A stretch of 64,000 bases of DNA from Candidatus Avispirillum sp. (GCA_045631345.1 JAZQUP010000013.1:68770-132769), one strand, 5' to 3'. Counted from the stretch's first letter, positions 38,392-50,984 are shown. The notes: a model not told the origin generated them from the sequence alone. Made by a program: numbers and translations.

Positions 38392-39126
38392 TTAATATGT
38401 ATCAACAGTCTTCTTGTTACCGCCGATGTAGTCACGCTCAAGACGAAGAATACCGTTATCCATACGGAAGATTCTGTCTGCCTTGTCTGCGATTGCAAGG
38501 TCGTGAGTAACCATGAGAAGTGTCTGACCTCTTGTTTCTCTGATCTTGAGAAGAAGGCTAAGAACTTCGTCTGCATTCTTACGGTCAAGGTTACCTGTAG
38601 GCTCGTCTGCGAACAGCATCTGAGGATTGTTGATAAGCGCACGAGCGATAGCAACTCTCTGACACTGACCACCGGAAAGCTCGGAAGGAAGGTGGTGGAG
38701 ACGCTCGGAAAGGCCGAGGCACTCAACGAGCTCACGGAGAGACTCCTGATAAGAAGCATCTGCCTTATTACACATTACTGTGGGAAGGAGGATGTTTTCA
38801 AGAGCTGTGAACTGAGGAACGAGGTTATGTCTCTGGTAGATAAAGCCCATCTTTTCGCCTCTGAAGCGACCGAGTTCATCAGGACCCATCTTTGTGATTT
38901 CTTCGTTATCGATAAGGATACGACCAGCGTTTGCCTTGTCAAGACCTGCACAGATGTGGAGGAATGTGGACTTACCGGAACCGGAGGAACCGATGATTGC
39001 TACAAACTCGCCCTTTTCGATTTTGATGTTAGCACGGTTTACTGCTGTGATAACGGATTCAGACTGTCTATACTGTTTAATAACGTTTTCAGTCTGAAGC
39101 ATATATTCAATTTCTTTTCTTGCCAT
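38392..39126 (-). CDS. ABC transporter ATP-binding protein (MacB/LolD/FtsE-like)
   Basis: Walker A GSSGSGKST, signature LSGGQCQR and Walker B LFADEPTGNLD are present. Confidence 0.9.
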   Translation of the reverse strand: MARKEIEYMLQTENVIKQYRQSESVITAVNRANIKIEKGEFVAIIGSSGSGKSTFLHICAGLDKANAGRILIDNEEITKMGPDELGRFRGEKMGFIYQRHNLVPQFTALENILLPTVMCNKADASYQESLRELVECLGLSERLHHLPSELSGGQCQRVAIARALINNPQMLFADEPTGNLDRKNADEVLSLLLKIRETRGQTLLMVTHDLAIADKADRIFRMDNGILRLERDYIGGNKKTVDTY

Positions 39127-39186
39127 TTGTTAATCCTTTCTGTTGCGGATATCCGCACAATCATTTAGTTATATTCAGTTTTCCGA

Positions 39187-41679
39187 TTAGTCTTCGTCAC
39201 GAACTACGTTCTGGATAGCATAACGATGCTTGAAGTAGCTCTTAAAGGGAATGTATACGGAGAAGAATCCGCATGCAACGGACATTACTACGGCAATAAC
39301 AAGCGCATACCAAGGCATATAGAATGTGTATCTTACATATTCAAATGTGAAGTTAGGTACTACAACGTTATATACATAGAACATTGCATAGCTTGCTACG
39401 TAGCTGAGCAGGATACTTACTACAAATGACATAACAGCCATACTCAAGCCGCCGAGCAGGTAGATTGTGCGTACGTCGCTTTCAGTTGCACCCATAGACT
39501 GAATGATATTGAACTCTTTTTCTCTCTTGAAGTAGTAGTTTGTCTGAGAGAAGAACCAGATAATAGGTGAAATGCAAAGAATAAGAACTGAGATTACAAT
39601 GTACAGCTGGCTGTAGTGCTTATCTTCTGTGATAGCATTTTCAGCATTCTGTTCAAGGTCTACAATCTTAACGGAACCGATCTTAGCATCGCCGCTTTCT
39701 ACGGGGATGTCACGAAGCTCAGAAGCAATGAATCTTGTCTGCTCAATTGTGAGATCGGGATCTGTGTAGATATTAAGCTTTGTTGCCATAGGATCTCTGC
39801 CGGTTACTGTCTGGTATGCATCATTGAGCATGTATACGGGAACACTACCGGAGGGAATATCCTTGATAACTGCACAAACTACGAATTCTGTGTAGGAATA
39901 TTCATAGTTCTTGATCTGACGGCGAAGCAGGTTCTTACCTGTGAGGTTAGAGTCAACAGATGTTACCTGGCTCACGTATGTACTGAGAGCGATCTTATCG
40001 CCAACATCGAACTTATAGCTCTTGATGTTGGATGTAGAGTCACCAACGATTACATACTGAGTGTTCTTATCGCTTTCAAGAATCTGACTGGGATCGCCTT
40101 CAATTTCATACTGTTCAAGGAATGCAAGAAGGTCGCCTGCGTTATCGGGGTCAACAGCCTTATAAAGAACTTCGTTAGTTACCTTTAAGCTGCCTTCACC
40201 ATAATAAGGTGAGTAAGCATCTTTATCATCGTATACGAAAGGACCTGTAGCTCCAAGCTTAACGTCCTTTGCATTTACAAGCATAAAGGAGTTGATATAT
40301 CTTGCTTCTGTTACAGGGCTCTGCTTAACATCTGCATCTTCTGCAACGGGTTTTGCGTTACCTGTTGTTTCTACGCCTGTGATTGCCTTAAAGCCCTCAA
40401 CCTCTTTATATTCGGGATACTTTTCAAGGAAAGCATCATTTACCTTCTGAATGTCAGCGCTGAGAAGGCTGTCATATCCCATATAAGAATTTTCATGGTC
40501 AATTGTTATCTCATACTGTGCACGGGGATATTCAAGGTCAGTTGTATATATATTGGAAAGATACAGACCGCAGATGAACAGCGCACAGAATGCGATAGCG
40601 GATGAAAGCAACTGAATGTTGTACTTTCTGAATCTCCAGATAGAATAAAGCTCATACTGGAGGGGGAACTTCTTACCAAGAAGGTTAAAGCTCTTTCTGG
40701 GTGATGTGATCAGGTTGGAGTTGTCCTCTGTGATGATAAGGGACATAGGCTGACGCATACTTGTGAGTCGCATAGGCATTACTACGGACACAGCTACTAC
40801 AGCCAAGCTGAACAAGAACACACCTAAGAAGATTATCGCATTAAATGTGAATGCGAAACCTGAAGGAGCATAAATAAGATATACAATCAGAGTAGAAGCC
40901 AATACTGCGGGAACGAACATTACGAGCATAATTACGAACAACTCCCAGAATGCTGTACCAAACAGCATCTTAAAGTCTGCGCCGAATGTCATGTATACAC
41001 CGTATGTGAACTTATACTGGTTCAATCTGATGTTGTAAATTGATGTGAGAAGGAATATTGACAGAACAAGGAGTACTGCTGCGATAACCCAGAATGTTCT
41101 GTTGTTTGCTGCAACTCTCTGGTTGTAGTCAAGCAGCATTGTTGTTTTTGTTTCGAAGCTTACATCATCGTCTTCGAGATTTGCAAGAACACTTATGTAG
41201 TTCTTCTTGAAATCATTATGGTATTTTGTTACCATTGCGGAATCTTCAAGATTCTTTTCCTTGCCGAAGCGGATAAACACATCATAAACTTCTTTATTAT
41301 CGAACTCATTGATGCGCTTCTCTGTATCAACAATTACATACAGCTGCTTCTGCTCATCGAATACGCCATTCTCTCCCTTATACTTGGAAAGGAATGTGTA
41401 CTGAGAAAGTGTGAGATTATGAATCTCGTAGTGATAATCAACTTTGATTTTCTCGCCTGTTTCTTCATCAACCTCGTCCAGCTCAAGCTTCTGTTCCTGC
41501 TTGATCTGCTGATACTCTACAGAGTTGTTGTTGATTGCTGAAATTGCCATCATTCCGAAAAGAAGCTGAATAATGAAAATTGCAGCAAAGAAGCAGCAAT
41601 ACTGCTTGAAGTTGAAGAACACGCTCTTCCACGCGATTTTTACGTTACGCGACAGATATTCCCAAAATCTTTCTAACAT
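39187..41679 (-). CDS. FtsX-like ABC permease with two large extracytoplasmic domains
   Basis: There are 8 predicted TM helices in two 1+3 FtsX-type modules. The start codon is uncertain: ATG 41679 lacks a good SD, and the ORF is open up to 41766. Confidence 0.75.
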   Translation of the reverse strand: MLERFWEYLSRNVKIAWKSVFFNFKQYCCFFAAIFIIQLLFGMMAISAINNNSVEYQQIKQEQKLELDEVDEETGEKIKVDYHYEIHNLTLSQYTFLSKYKGENGVFDEQKQLYVIVDTEKRINEFDNKEVYDVFIRFGKEKNLEDSAMVTKYHNDFKKNYISVLANLEDDDVSFETKTTMLLDYNQRVAANNRTFWVIAAVLLVLSIFLLTSIYNIRLNQYKFTYGVYMTFGADFKMLFGTAFWELFVIMLVMFVPAVLASTLIVYLIYAPSGFAFTFNAIIFLGVFLFSLAVVAVSVVMPMRLTSMRQPMSLIITEDNSNLITSPRKSFNLLGKKFPLQYELYSIWRFRKYNIQLLSSAIAFCALFICGLYLSNIYTTDLEYPRAQYEITIDHENSYMGYDSLLSADIQKVNDAFLEKYPEYKEVEGFKAITGVETTGNAKPVAEDADVKQSPVTEARYINSFMLVNAKDVKLGATGPFVYDDKDAYSPYYGEGSLKVTNEVLYKAVDPDNAGDLLAFLEQYEIEGDPSQILESDKNTQYVIVGDSTSNIKSYKFDVGDKIALSTYVSQVTSVDSNLTGKNLLRRQIKNYEYSYTEFVVCAVIKDIPSGSVPVYMLNDAYQTVTGRDPMATKLNIYTDPDLTIEQTRFIASELRDIPVESGDAKIGSVKIVDLEQNAENAITEDKHYSQLYIVISVLILCISPIIWFFSQTNYYFKREKEFNIIQSMGATESDVRTIYLLGGLSMAVMSFVVSILLSYVASYAMFYVYNVVVPNFTFEYVRYTFYMPWYALVIAVVMSVACGFFSVYIPFKSYFKHRYAIQNVVRDED

Positions 41680-41830
41680 TGTTCTTGGGAGCCGCAATGA
41701 AATGCGACACCATCCTCCTTGAATAGTTTTCCGTGCTAGCACGGGGAATCCGTCGGGAAGTCGCAACTCTTCCCCACTATTATTCTTTATATATTATAGC
41801 ACACATTATAGAGAAATGTAGCATATTTTA

Positions 41831-42022
41831 TGAACAAAATATAACAAATTTATTTCCAAAACTCTCTAAAAATTTTATAGGTTGTTAATTTGTTACAATT
41901 TTTGTTCTTAATTGCATACAAAATAGCCAAATATACATCAAAAGTTGTTAATTTGTTATATTTTATTATCATAAATTTTGTTCACAATTTAAGAGCCAAT
42001 TATGAACAAATTATTTGTGTTC
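41831..42022. promoter_or_regulatory. array of repeated AT-rich motifs (candidate operators) in a divergent intergenic region
   Basis: GTTGTTAATTTGTTA occurs twice (41881-41895, 41944-41958). The extended motif AATTTGTTAYAWTTTTGTTC also occurs inverted at 41831-41850. An imperfect palindrome TGAACAAATTATTTGTGTTC lies at 42003-42022. Confidence 0.5.
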
Positions 42023-42027
42023 TTCTC

Positions 42028-42056
42028 TTGACCTTTTGAGCTTTATAGTATAAAAT
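42028..42056 (+). promoter_or_regulatory. sigma-A type promoter
   Basis: TTGACC, a 17-nt spacer and TAAAAT lie upstream of the AI-2E family gene. Confidence 0.6.
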
Positions 42057-42091
42057 TATGTAGGTAACGCCCTGACAAAAAGGAGGGCAAA

Positions 42092-43468
42092 ATGAATTTT
42101 AAAAAAAATGAAAAATATGCATCAGTTGCATTCTATATTTTTCTCACGGTTTGCGCCTGCGCTATTGTGATATTCGGCCTGGTGAATCTAAGCACAGTGA
42201 TAGCCTTTTTTAAAAAAAGCTCCATCATTTTTTCTCCATTCACCTACGGATTCATTATAGCATATCTGTGCAACCCCATAATGCTTTTTTATGAAAAGCA
42301 TTTATTTTCCTTTAAAAAAGCAAAGAGAAATATGCGAAAACCCCAACGTGCACTTTCTCTGACTTTAGCAATGCTTACCGCTCTTGCGCTTATAGCTGTT
42401 ATGCTTTATGCTGTTATACCTCAGATAATTGAAAGCTACGAAGAGCTGGGAAGTCAGCTTAACACTTATATCAGAAATATTCAAGCTATTGCAGACAATC
42501 TTGTTAAGAATCATTCCGAAAAGCTTGTGGGAACTCAATATTCCACATTGACAGAATTGCTTAGCGCATATGATATATCATTCAGCTTTGAAAGAATTCT
42601 CACTTACTCTTATTCTGCACTTACCGTTGGAGCTAATTATTTAATCAACTATGGCGGAAAGCTTGTTGGCGGAGTTAAAAATCTGCTTATCGGTATAATT
42701 ATCGCAGTTTACTTCCTTGCTTCAAAGGAAACTCTTATCGCACAGATCAAAAAGATCCTTAATGCCATTCTGAACAGAAAAAATTACCTCAACGTTATTC
42801 GCCTGGGAAGATTCACTCACAAAACATTCGGCGGATTCCTTATCGGTAAAATACTTGATTCTATCATAATCGGAGTGCTCACTTTTGTTGTGCTCCTGAT
42901 TTTCAAAATCCCCTATGCTCCTCTTGTTTCCGTTATCGTTGGTGTTACAAACATCATTCCGTTCTTCGGTCCGTTTATCGGAGCAATCCCAAGCGCCTTC
43001 ATTATATTCATAGCATCTCCGGCAAAAGCACTTTGGTTTATAATTATAATCCTCATCATTCAGCAGCTTGACGGAAATGTTATCGGTCCTAAAATTCTTG
43101 GCGATTCAATCGGAACAAGCGCTCTGTGGGTTATTATAGCAATCACCATATGCGGAGGATATTTCGGATTTACAGGCATGCTTCTTGGCGTACCTGCAAC
43201 TGCGGTTGTTTATGTGCTCTTCAAACAGCATATAGAAAAAAGACTCCGCCACAAAAATCATCCGGTTCATACAGAGTTTTACAAAACAGATCCGCCTCTT
43301 GAGAATATAGTTGATCCTCATCTTGTTCTTATAGATCGTGATACACCTGTTCCTGAGCCTACACTTGAGGACGACATTGATCCTCCTCAGAACACAACCA
43401 CAAAATCAACAAAAATCAATCTTACTGCATTGAAAAAATACAACTTTAAGAAAGGTGACAAAAAATGA
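42092..43468 (+). CDS. AI-2E family transporter (PerM/UPF0118)
   Basis: The 8-TM protein has the conserved C-terminal half pattern ([25 protein letters not shown]). SD AAGGAGGG. Confidence 0.8.
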   Translation: MNFKKNEKYASVAFYIFLTVCACAIVIFGLVNLSTVIAFFKKSSIIFSPFTYGFIIAYLCNPIMLFYEKHLFSFKKAKRNMRKPQRALSLTLAMLTALALIAVMLYAVIPQIIESYEELGSQLNTYIRNIQAIADNLVKNHSEKLVGTQYSTLTELLSAYDISFSFERILTYSYSALTVGANYLINYGGKLVGGVKNLLIGIIIAVYFLASKETLIAQIKKILNAILNRKNYLNVIRLGRFTHKTFGGFLIGKILDSIIIGVLTFVVLLIFKIPYAPLVSVIVGVTNIIPFFGPFIGAIPSAFIIFIASPAKALWFIIIILIIQQLDGNVIGPKILGDSIGTSALWVIIAITICGGYFGFTGMLLGVPATAVVYVLFKQHIEKRLRHKNHPVHTEFYKTDPPLENIVDPHLVLIDRDTPVPEPTLEDDIDPPQNTTTKSTKINLTALKKYNFKKGDKK

Positions 43469-44634
43469 AAAAGCTTTTCACTTCTGAGTCCGTAACTGAA
43501 GGACATCCTGATAAAATCTGTGATAAAATCTCCGACGCTGTGCTTGATGCCATCCTCGCAGAAGACCCTGCTGCAAGAGTTGCTTGCGAAACATTCGCTA
43601 CAACAGGTCTTGTAAACGTTATGGGCGAGATTACCACAACAGCTTATGTTGATATTCCCACAATCGTTCGCGAAACAGTTCGTGAAATTGGTTACGACCG
43701 TGCTAAATACGGTTTTGACTGCGACACATGCGGCGTTCTCAGCTCTATTCACGAGCAGAGCCCTGACATTGCAATGGGCGTTGATCTCTCCGCTGAAGCT
43801 AAGGCAGGCGAAACAGACGCCGACACAGGCGCCGGCGACCAGGGTATGATGTTCGGGTTTGCTTGCGACGAAACTCCCGAGCTTATGCCCCTCCCCATTT
43901 CTCTTGCTCACAAGATGGCTATGCTGCTTACTGAAGTCAGAAAGAACGGCACTCTCTCTTATCTCCGTCCCGATGGTAAGACCCAGGTTACAGTTGAATA
44001 CGAGGGTGACAAGCCCGTTCGTGTTGATACAGTTGTTGTTTCCACACAGCATGACGCCGAGGTTACTCTTGAGCAGATCAGAGAAGACATCAAAAAGCAC
44101 GTTATTCTTCCTATTGCAGGCTATATGATGGATGACGAAACAATCATCCACGTTAACCCCACAGGTCGTTTCGTTATCGGTGGTCCCGCAGGTGATACAG
44201 GTCTCACAGGCAGAAAGATCATCGTTGACACATACGGCGGATACGCTCGTCACGGCGGCGGCGCATTCTCCGGCAAGGACCCCACAAAGGTTGACCGTTC
44301 CGCAGCTTACATGGCAAGATACATCGCTAAGAACATCGTTGCTTCCGGTGTTGCTTCCAAGTGCGAGGTTCAGCTTGCATACGCTATCGGCGTTGCTCAG
44401 CCCGTTTCTCTTATGATCGACACATTCGGCACAGGTAAGGTTTCTGAATCTGCTATTGCTGACTACATCAGCGCAAATGTTGATATGCGTCCCGCATCTA
44501 TCATCAGCCGCTTCAACCTCCGCAGCCCCATCTACAAGCAGCTTGCTGCTTACGGACATATGGGTCGTGAGGATCTGGGCATCGCTTGGGAAAAGACAGA
44601 TATTGCTGAGGATATCAAGAACGCACTTCTCTAA
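43465..44634 (+). CDS. metK: S-adenosylmethionine synthase
   Basis: [20 protein letters not shown] and the GGGAFSGKD motifs are present. The start overlaps the upstream stop (ATGA). Confidence 0.95.
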   Translation: MKKLFTSESVTEGHPDKICDKISDAVLDAILAEDPAARVACETFATTGLVNVMGEITTTAYVDIPTIVRETVREIGYDRAKYGFDCDTCGVLSSIHEQSPDIAMGVDLSAEAKAGETDADTGAGDQGMMFGFACDETPELMPLPISLAHKMAMLLTEVRKNGTLSYLRPDGKTQVTVEYEGDKPVRVDTVVVSTQHDAEVTLEQIREDIKKHVILPIAGYMMDDETIIHVNPTGRFVIGGPAGDTGLTGRKIIVDTYGGYARHGGGAFSGKDPTKVDRSAAYMARYIAKNIVASGVASKCEVQLAYAIGVAQPVSLMIDTFGTGKVSESAIADYISANVDMRPASIISRFNLRSPIYKQLAAYGHMGREDLGIAWEKTDIAEDIKNALL

Positions 44635-44640
44635 TTACAA

Positions 44641-44673
44641 AAAACGCACACCCAAAGGTGTGCGTTTCTTTTT
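44641..44673 (+). terminator. rho-independent terminator of metK
   Basis: The hairpin ACGCACACC-CAAA-GGTGTGCGT is followed by a T-run. Confidence 0.8.
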
Positions 44674-44721
44674 TAGCAAAACAACAAAACGGTTGGCTAT
44701 TTAAAGCCAACCGTTTTTATA

Positions 44722-45645
44722 TTACTTCTTAACTACAACGCCTGCAAACCAGCCGTTTTCACGGAGCTCATCGTGGAGCTTAAGACCTGCTTTATCAAGA
44801 GCTTCAACAACCTCTTCTGCTCTTTCTGTGATGATGCCTGAAACAATGAGATAAGCATCGTCTGCAAGATATGCAGAAACATCGGGAGCCATTCTGATAA
44901 TAACGTCAGCTACGATGTTTGCGCAGCAGATGTCATATCCGCCATCGATCTTAGGCACCTGACGAAGAAGATCTGAAACCTCAGCCTTTACATTAGGAGT
45001 TTCATTGATCTCAGCATTCTCATTTGCAATACGAACGGAAACGGGGTCAATATCACAGGCAAAGCAATCGCCTGCACCCAGCTTTGCAGCGCAAATCGCA
45101 AGAATACCACTACCACATCCAACGTCAAGCATTTTATCTCCGGGAGTTATATACTTCTCAAGAAGCGCTGCGCAAAGACGAGTTGTTTCGTGAGTTCCTG
45201 TGCCGAATGCCATACCGGGATCCATAAGCACAACAAGCTCTTCCTCAGCCTTTTCATACTTTTCCCAAACAGGAACGATAACTATTCTATTTCCTGTTTT
45301 AATAGGCTTATAATACTGCTTCCAGGAATCTGCCCAGTCTTCTTCGTTCACACCAACACACTCAACTGTTGCAGGAATACCAAGATCAGCAAAGCGCTGA
45401 CGGATAAATCCCTCAGACTCTGCAGGGCTCTTCTCTGCTGCAATGAATACAGAAACAGATGCAACTGTCCTGTCACGAGCAAGAAGCTCCTCATCTATAA
45501 GATCGCCGTAAACTCCGTCAAGATCTCTCTCAACATCAGAATAATCCTCAATCATAAGAGAATTATCAACCATCCCCATTACAGCGCAAAGATCGTTTAA
45601 ATATTTATTATCGGCAGTCGCCTTAATCTGAATCCAGCTATCCAT
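44722..45645 (-). CDS. prmA: ribosomal protein L11 methyltransferase
   Basis: PrmA N-domain is followed by the SAM motif LDVGCGSGILAI. The gene lies downstream of dnaJ, as is usual. Confidence 0.9.
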   Translation of the reverse strand: MDSWIQIKATADNKYLNDLCAVMGMVDNSLMIEDYSDVERDLDGVYGDLIDEELLARDRTVASVSVFIAAEKSPAESEGFIRQRFADLGIPATVECVGVNEEDWADSWKQYYKPIKTGNRIVIVPVWEKYEKAEEELVVLMDPGMAFGTGTHETTRLCAALLEKYITPGDKMLDVGCGSGILAICAAKLGAGDCFACDIDPVSVRIANENAEINETPNVKAEVSDLLRQVPKIDGGYDICCANIVADVIIRMAPDVSAYLADDAYLIVSGIITERAEEVVEALDKAGLKLHDELRENGWFAGVVVKK

Positions 45646-45650
45646 CTTGT

Positions 45651-46790
45651 TTAATCCTTTTTGAAGAATTTTTTCATAAAGCTATCTTTTTTAGCGTGGT
45701 TCGTTCTACCGCAAGCTTCATCAAACTGACGGAGAATATCCTTCTGCTTACTGTTGAGTCCTTTGGGAACTTCAACATTTATGTTCACATACATATTACC
45801 CTTATTCTTGGAATTAACGACCTGAATACCCTTGCCTCTGAGAGTGAAGGTTGTTCCTGTCTGAGTTCCTTCGGGAATATCAAGCTCCTCATCACCATAA
45901 AGTGTAGGGATCTTTATTTTTGCGCCAAGAGTTGCATCTACAAATGTTACGGGAACATCGCAATAAACATCATATCCGTCACGTTCATAGAATGCGTGAG
46001 GACGAACATTTACAGAAATGATAAGATCTCCGTTGGGACCACCGTTTCTGCCTTCGCTACCCTCACCTCTGAGAGAAATTCTCTGGCCATCGTCAATACC
46101 TGCGGGAATATTTACCGAAAGCTTCTTTGTTGCTCTCACAAATCCGCCGCCACGACAGCTCTTACAAGGTGTTTCTATAAACTTACCTGTTCCACGGCAC
46201 TTATCGCAAGTGCGTGTTGTCTGCATCATACCAAAGGGAGTTCTCTGATTTACATTCACCTGACCACGTCCACCGCAATCAGGACAAGTTTTTGCGCTTG
46301 TACCCTTTGCTGCGCCACTACCGTTACAATCCGAACATTTCTGAACTCTCTGATATGAAACATCCTTCTTAACGCCAAACACAGCTTCTTCAAACGAGAG
46401 ATTTACACGAACACCAACATCGTCACCTCTTACAGGGCCATTACGTGTTCTTGCTCCTCCTGCGCCACCGCCGAAAAAGCTTGAGAATATATCGGAAATA
46501 TCAAATCCGTCAAATCCGCCGCCAAATCCTCCGAAGCCTCCGCCATATCCGCCTGCAGAAGGATCAAATGCCGCATGACCATACTGATCATACTTAGCCT
46601 TCTTATCAGCATCGGAAAGAACATCATAAGCTTCGTTAACATCCTTAAAATTAGCTTCCGCTTCCTTATCTCCGGGGTTCATATCAGGATGATATTTTTT
46701 TGCAAGCTTTCTATATGCTTTTTTTATTTCATCATCGGATGCTGATTTATCAAGCCCCAGCACCTCATAAAAATCTTTTTTATCTGCCAT
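45651..46790 (-). CDS. dnaJ: molecular chaperone DnaJ
   Basis: The protein has a J-domain with HPD, a G/F region and four CxxCxGxG repeats. Confidence 0.95.
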   Translation of the reverse strand: MADKKDFYEVLGLDKSASDDEIKKAYRKLAKKYHPDMNPGDKEAEANFKDVNEAYDVLSDADKKAKYDQYGHAAFDPSAGGYGGGFGGFGGGFDGFDISDIFSSFFGGGAGGARTRNGPVRGDDVGVRVNLSFEEAVFGVKKDVSYQRVQKCSDCNGSGAAKGTSAKTCPDCGGRGQVNVNQRTPFGMMQTTRTCDKCRGTGKFIETPCKSCRGGGFVRATKKLSVNIPAGIDDGQRISLRGEGSEGRNGGPNGDLIISVNVRPHAFYERDGYDVYCDVPVTFVDATLGAKIKIPTLYGDEELDIPEGTQTGTTFTLRGKGIQVVNSKNKGNMYVNINVEVPKGLNSKQKDILRQFDEACGRTNHAKKDSFMKKFFKKD

Positions 46791-46873
46791 AACTACTCCG
46801 GTTTATTAGTTTATCCGAAAAAACGCAGTTTAGGACTGCCCATCTGTTTGATGAGCAGTCCGTTTCTCTGCTA

Positions 46874-48745
<1,872 letters not shown>

Positions 48746-48761
48746 TTAGATTTTTGTTTAC

Positions 48762-49337
48762 TTAGTTTGCAACGGTTACCATTGCATAGCGGATGATCTT
48801 ATCACCCATACGATAGCCCTGCTGGAATACAGCAGCGATCTCGTTTTCTCCCTTTTCGGGATTTTCTTCATGCATAACAGCATTGTGGATATTGGGATCA
48901 AACTGCTCTCCGGGCTCTCCGTAAGCTTCAATACCCATCTTTGAAAGAACATCGGGCAATGTGCCGAGGATCATTGAAACGCCCTCTGCAACCTTATCTG
49001 CCTCTGTATATCCTGTTGCTCTCTGCAGATTGTCTATCATAGGAAGCAATTCTTTAATTGCGTCAGCCTTAGCATCAGAGTAGATACTCTCACGCTCTTT
49101 CTGGCTGCGGCGGCGGAAGTTATCATATTCGGCTGCGCAACGAAGATATTTATCTTCAGCTTCTTTTGTTTTAGCCTTTTCTTCCTCAAGCTCAGCCTTC
49201 AGCTTTTCAATTTCAGCCTTCTGCTTCTTATTTTCAGATTTCTTATCTTTTTTAGCAGGCTCTTCTGCAGGAGCTTCTGCAGCATCCTCCACTACTTCTT
49301 CAATTACTTCTTCAGCGATGTTTTCCTTATTTTCCAT
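48762..49337 (-). CDS. grpE: nucleotide exchange factor GrpE
   Basis: An acidic/Lys-rich N-terminus is followed by a GrpE core (RR.QKE, DNL.RA). The gene sits between hrcA and dnaK. Confidence 0.9.
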   Translation of the reverse strand: MENKENIAEEVIEEVVEDAAEAPAEEPAKKDKKSENKKQKAEIEKLKAELEEEKAKTKEAEDKYLRCAAEYDNFRRRSQKERESIYSDAKADAIKELLPMIDNLQRATGYTEADKVAEGVSMILGTLPDVLSKMGIEAYGEPGEQFDPNIHNAVMHEENPEKGENEIAAVFQQGYRMGDKIIRYAMVTVAN

Positions 49338-49352
49338 CTCTGCCTCCGTTTC

Positions 49353-50432
49353 TTATTCTCTGTTGTCCGACTCGCTGAGAATATCGCTTACGCTTTCAGC
49401 AATGCCGTCTATCATTGAAATAACCTTTTTATAATTCATTCTTGTGGGACCTATAATTCCGAGGGCGCCAACTGTTCGGTCACCCTGCTTAACAGGCTTG
49501 AACACAAGAGAAGAACTATCCATTATAATTACAGGATTTTCGCTTCCTATATATACCTGAACGCCGTTTTCAGAAACACCGGATGGCATCATAGGAGCAG
49601 TTTCTCCTGAAATCAGACCAACCAACTCATCTTTTCGCTCAAACATAGCAAGCATATCTCTAAGCTTTCCTATATCGTAAAACTCAGGATACGCAAGCAG
49701 CTTATTCATTCCCTCAACCTTAAGCTCTCCGCCGGATGCGGCGCTGATCGTTTGGCAAATGCACTTTACCACAGGTGATACAAGGAATGCAAACTCTCCC
49801 ATAACGCTTTCCATTTCCATCATTATAGGAAGTGAGATCTGATCTCCTGTTATGCCTGTGAGACGCATATTAAGAAGAGCCGCAAGCTTTCTGATAGCCT
49901 CATCTGTTACAGGTGCCTCGCAAACCAGATTCTGAGTTCTGACTGCTCCGCCCGCTGTTACCATAACAAGCACCAGCTGCCTCGGATCAATCTGAATAAG
50001 CTCATATTTCTTCACAGTCATTGAAGAAATTCTTGGACGAACTGCAAGCGCTGTGTAGTTTGTCATTTTTGCCGCAAGACGCATTGCGCTGTCAAGAATA
50101 TTATCAAGCTGTGCCTGCTTTACTCTGAGTGCTTCACGAAGATTTTCAACCTCGCTTGATGTGACTCTGTAGCGTTCAACCAAGGAGTCTACATAAAAAC
50201 GGTATCCTGCTTCACTTGGAACTCTGCCAGCCGACGTATGCGGCTGTTCAAGAAATCCCATTGCCTCAAGCTCTGCCATCTCATTTCTGATAGTGGCAGA
50301 TGAGCAGGTGACTATTCCGCTTTGAGTTATATATTTACTGCCTACGGGCTCACCGTTTTCAACATGAGCATCTACGATGGCTTTCAAGATCAGTTTTTTT
50401 CTTTCGCTGAGACTTCCATCCATCAGCTTCAT
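49353..50432 (-). CDS. hrcA: heat-inducible transcription repressor HrcA
   Basis: The SERKKLILKAIVDAHVENGEPVGSK N-terminus is typical of HrcA. The start is uncertain among ATGs at 50423, 50432 and 50444; the ORF-track 50462 start would overlap CIRCE. Confidence 0.9.
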   Translation of the reverse strand: MKLMDGSLSERKKLILKAIVDAHVENGEPVGSKYITQSGIVTCSSATIRNEMAELEAMGFLEQPHTSAGRVPSEAGYRFYVDSLVERYRVTSSEVENLREALRVKQAQLDNILDSAMRLAAKMTNYTALAVRPRISSMTVKKYELIQIDPRQLVLVMVTAGGAVRTQNLVCEAPVTDEAIRKLAALLNMRLTGITGDQISLPIMMEMESVMGEFAFLVSPVVKCICQTISAASGGELKVEGMNKLLAYPEFYDIGKLRDMLAMFERKDELVGLISGETAPMMPSGVSENGVQVYIGSENPVIIMDSSSLVFKPVKQGDRTVGALGIIGPTRMNYKKVISMIDGIAESVSDILSESDNRE

Positions 50433-50455
50433 GCTTCGTATCATCCCTTTCGTTT

Positions 50456-50482
50456 TTAGCACTTAGCACGCCTGAGTGCTAA
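50456..50482. promoter_or_regulatory. CIRCE operator (HrcA binding site)
   Basis: TTAGCACTT-N9-GAGTGCTAA matches the consensus TTAGCACTC-N9-GAGTGCTAA. Confidence 0.9.
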
Positions 50483-50493
50483 ATGATGTTATA

Positions 50494-50522
50494 AATTTAC
50501 CACTAAACCCCCTCGTTGTCAA
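50494..50522 (-). promoter_or_regulatory. probable hrcA operon promoter
   Basis: On the minus strand, TTGACA, a 17-nt spacer and TAAATT lie immediately upstream of CIRCE. Confidence 0.55.
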
Positions 50523-50641
50523 TAACAATCTTGATATTTTATGTGAATTTTTTATTAAATCGAGGTGCGAGTGCCAAAAAAATCAGTTTTTTCGCTCTTT
50601 CACACTTCTTTTCTGTATATTTTGCATATACAACAAAACTA

Positions 50642-50670
50642 TTGAATTTTTTATATCCACGTGATATAAT
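50642..50670 (+). promoter_or_regulatory. sigma-A promoter with extended -10
   Basis: TTGAAT, a 17-nt spacer ending in TGa, and TATAAT are present. Confidence 0.65.
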
Positions 50671-50689
50671 ATTCAGGTACAAAAAGAAT

Positions 50690-50900
50690 AACACAGTTCG
50701 GGGGAGATTTCTCCCCAATCGGCCATTTTAAGTGCAAATGGTCGGGGATAAGGAAACTGCGGTGAAAATCCGTGACAACAGCCATTACCGTTACAGCCGG
50801 AATGCTTATCGTTCTGTGAACTGCAATAACTCCTTGGGCAAATGAAGGAGGCGGGAGCAAAATCGCTATGCGAATTTGCAGACAAGAGATAAAAGATAGA
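50690..50900 (+). promoter_or_regulatory. probable cobalamin riboswitch
   Basis: The core AAGGAAACTGCGGTGAAAATCCGTGACAACAGCCATTACCGTTACAGCCGGAA resembles the conserved GGGAA..GGTGAAAATCC..CAGCC..ACTGT core and B12-box region. The downstream genes (DUF4430, ECF S-component) fit B12 uptake. The boundaries are approximate. Confidence 0.55.
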
Positions 50901-50984
50901 AGTTATAAGATATGGTAGAAATTCGTTTTGGCGAATTTCATCATTTACTTTGCGCTTCTCTCTCATCACCTTCTCTTAACTTTT

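Noticed and set aside
38295-38759. A 154-aa ORF overlapping the 3' part of the ABC ATPase gene in another frame.
   Set aside because: It overlaps a gene with full Walker and signature motifs, has a Ser/Leu-rich translation, and runs through the terminator at about 38363-38381.
43387-44559. A 390-aa ORF antisense to metK.
   Set aside because: It overlaps the strongly supported metK CDS completely. The Cys/Val/Asn-rich, low-complexity translation is typical of a stop-free antisense frame in a codon-biased gene, and there is no SD.
50651-50969. ORFs of 69 and 98 aa on the minus strand upstream of the DUF4430 gene.
   Set aside because: They lie on the probable riboswitch leader. No SD is present, and the region is better explained as structured RNA.
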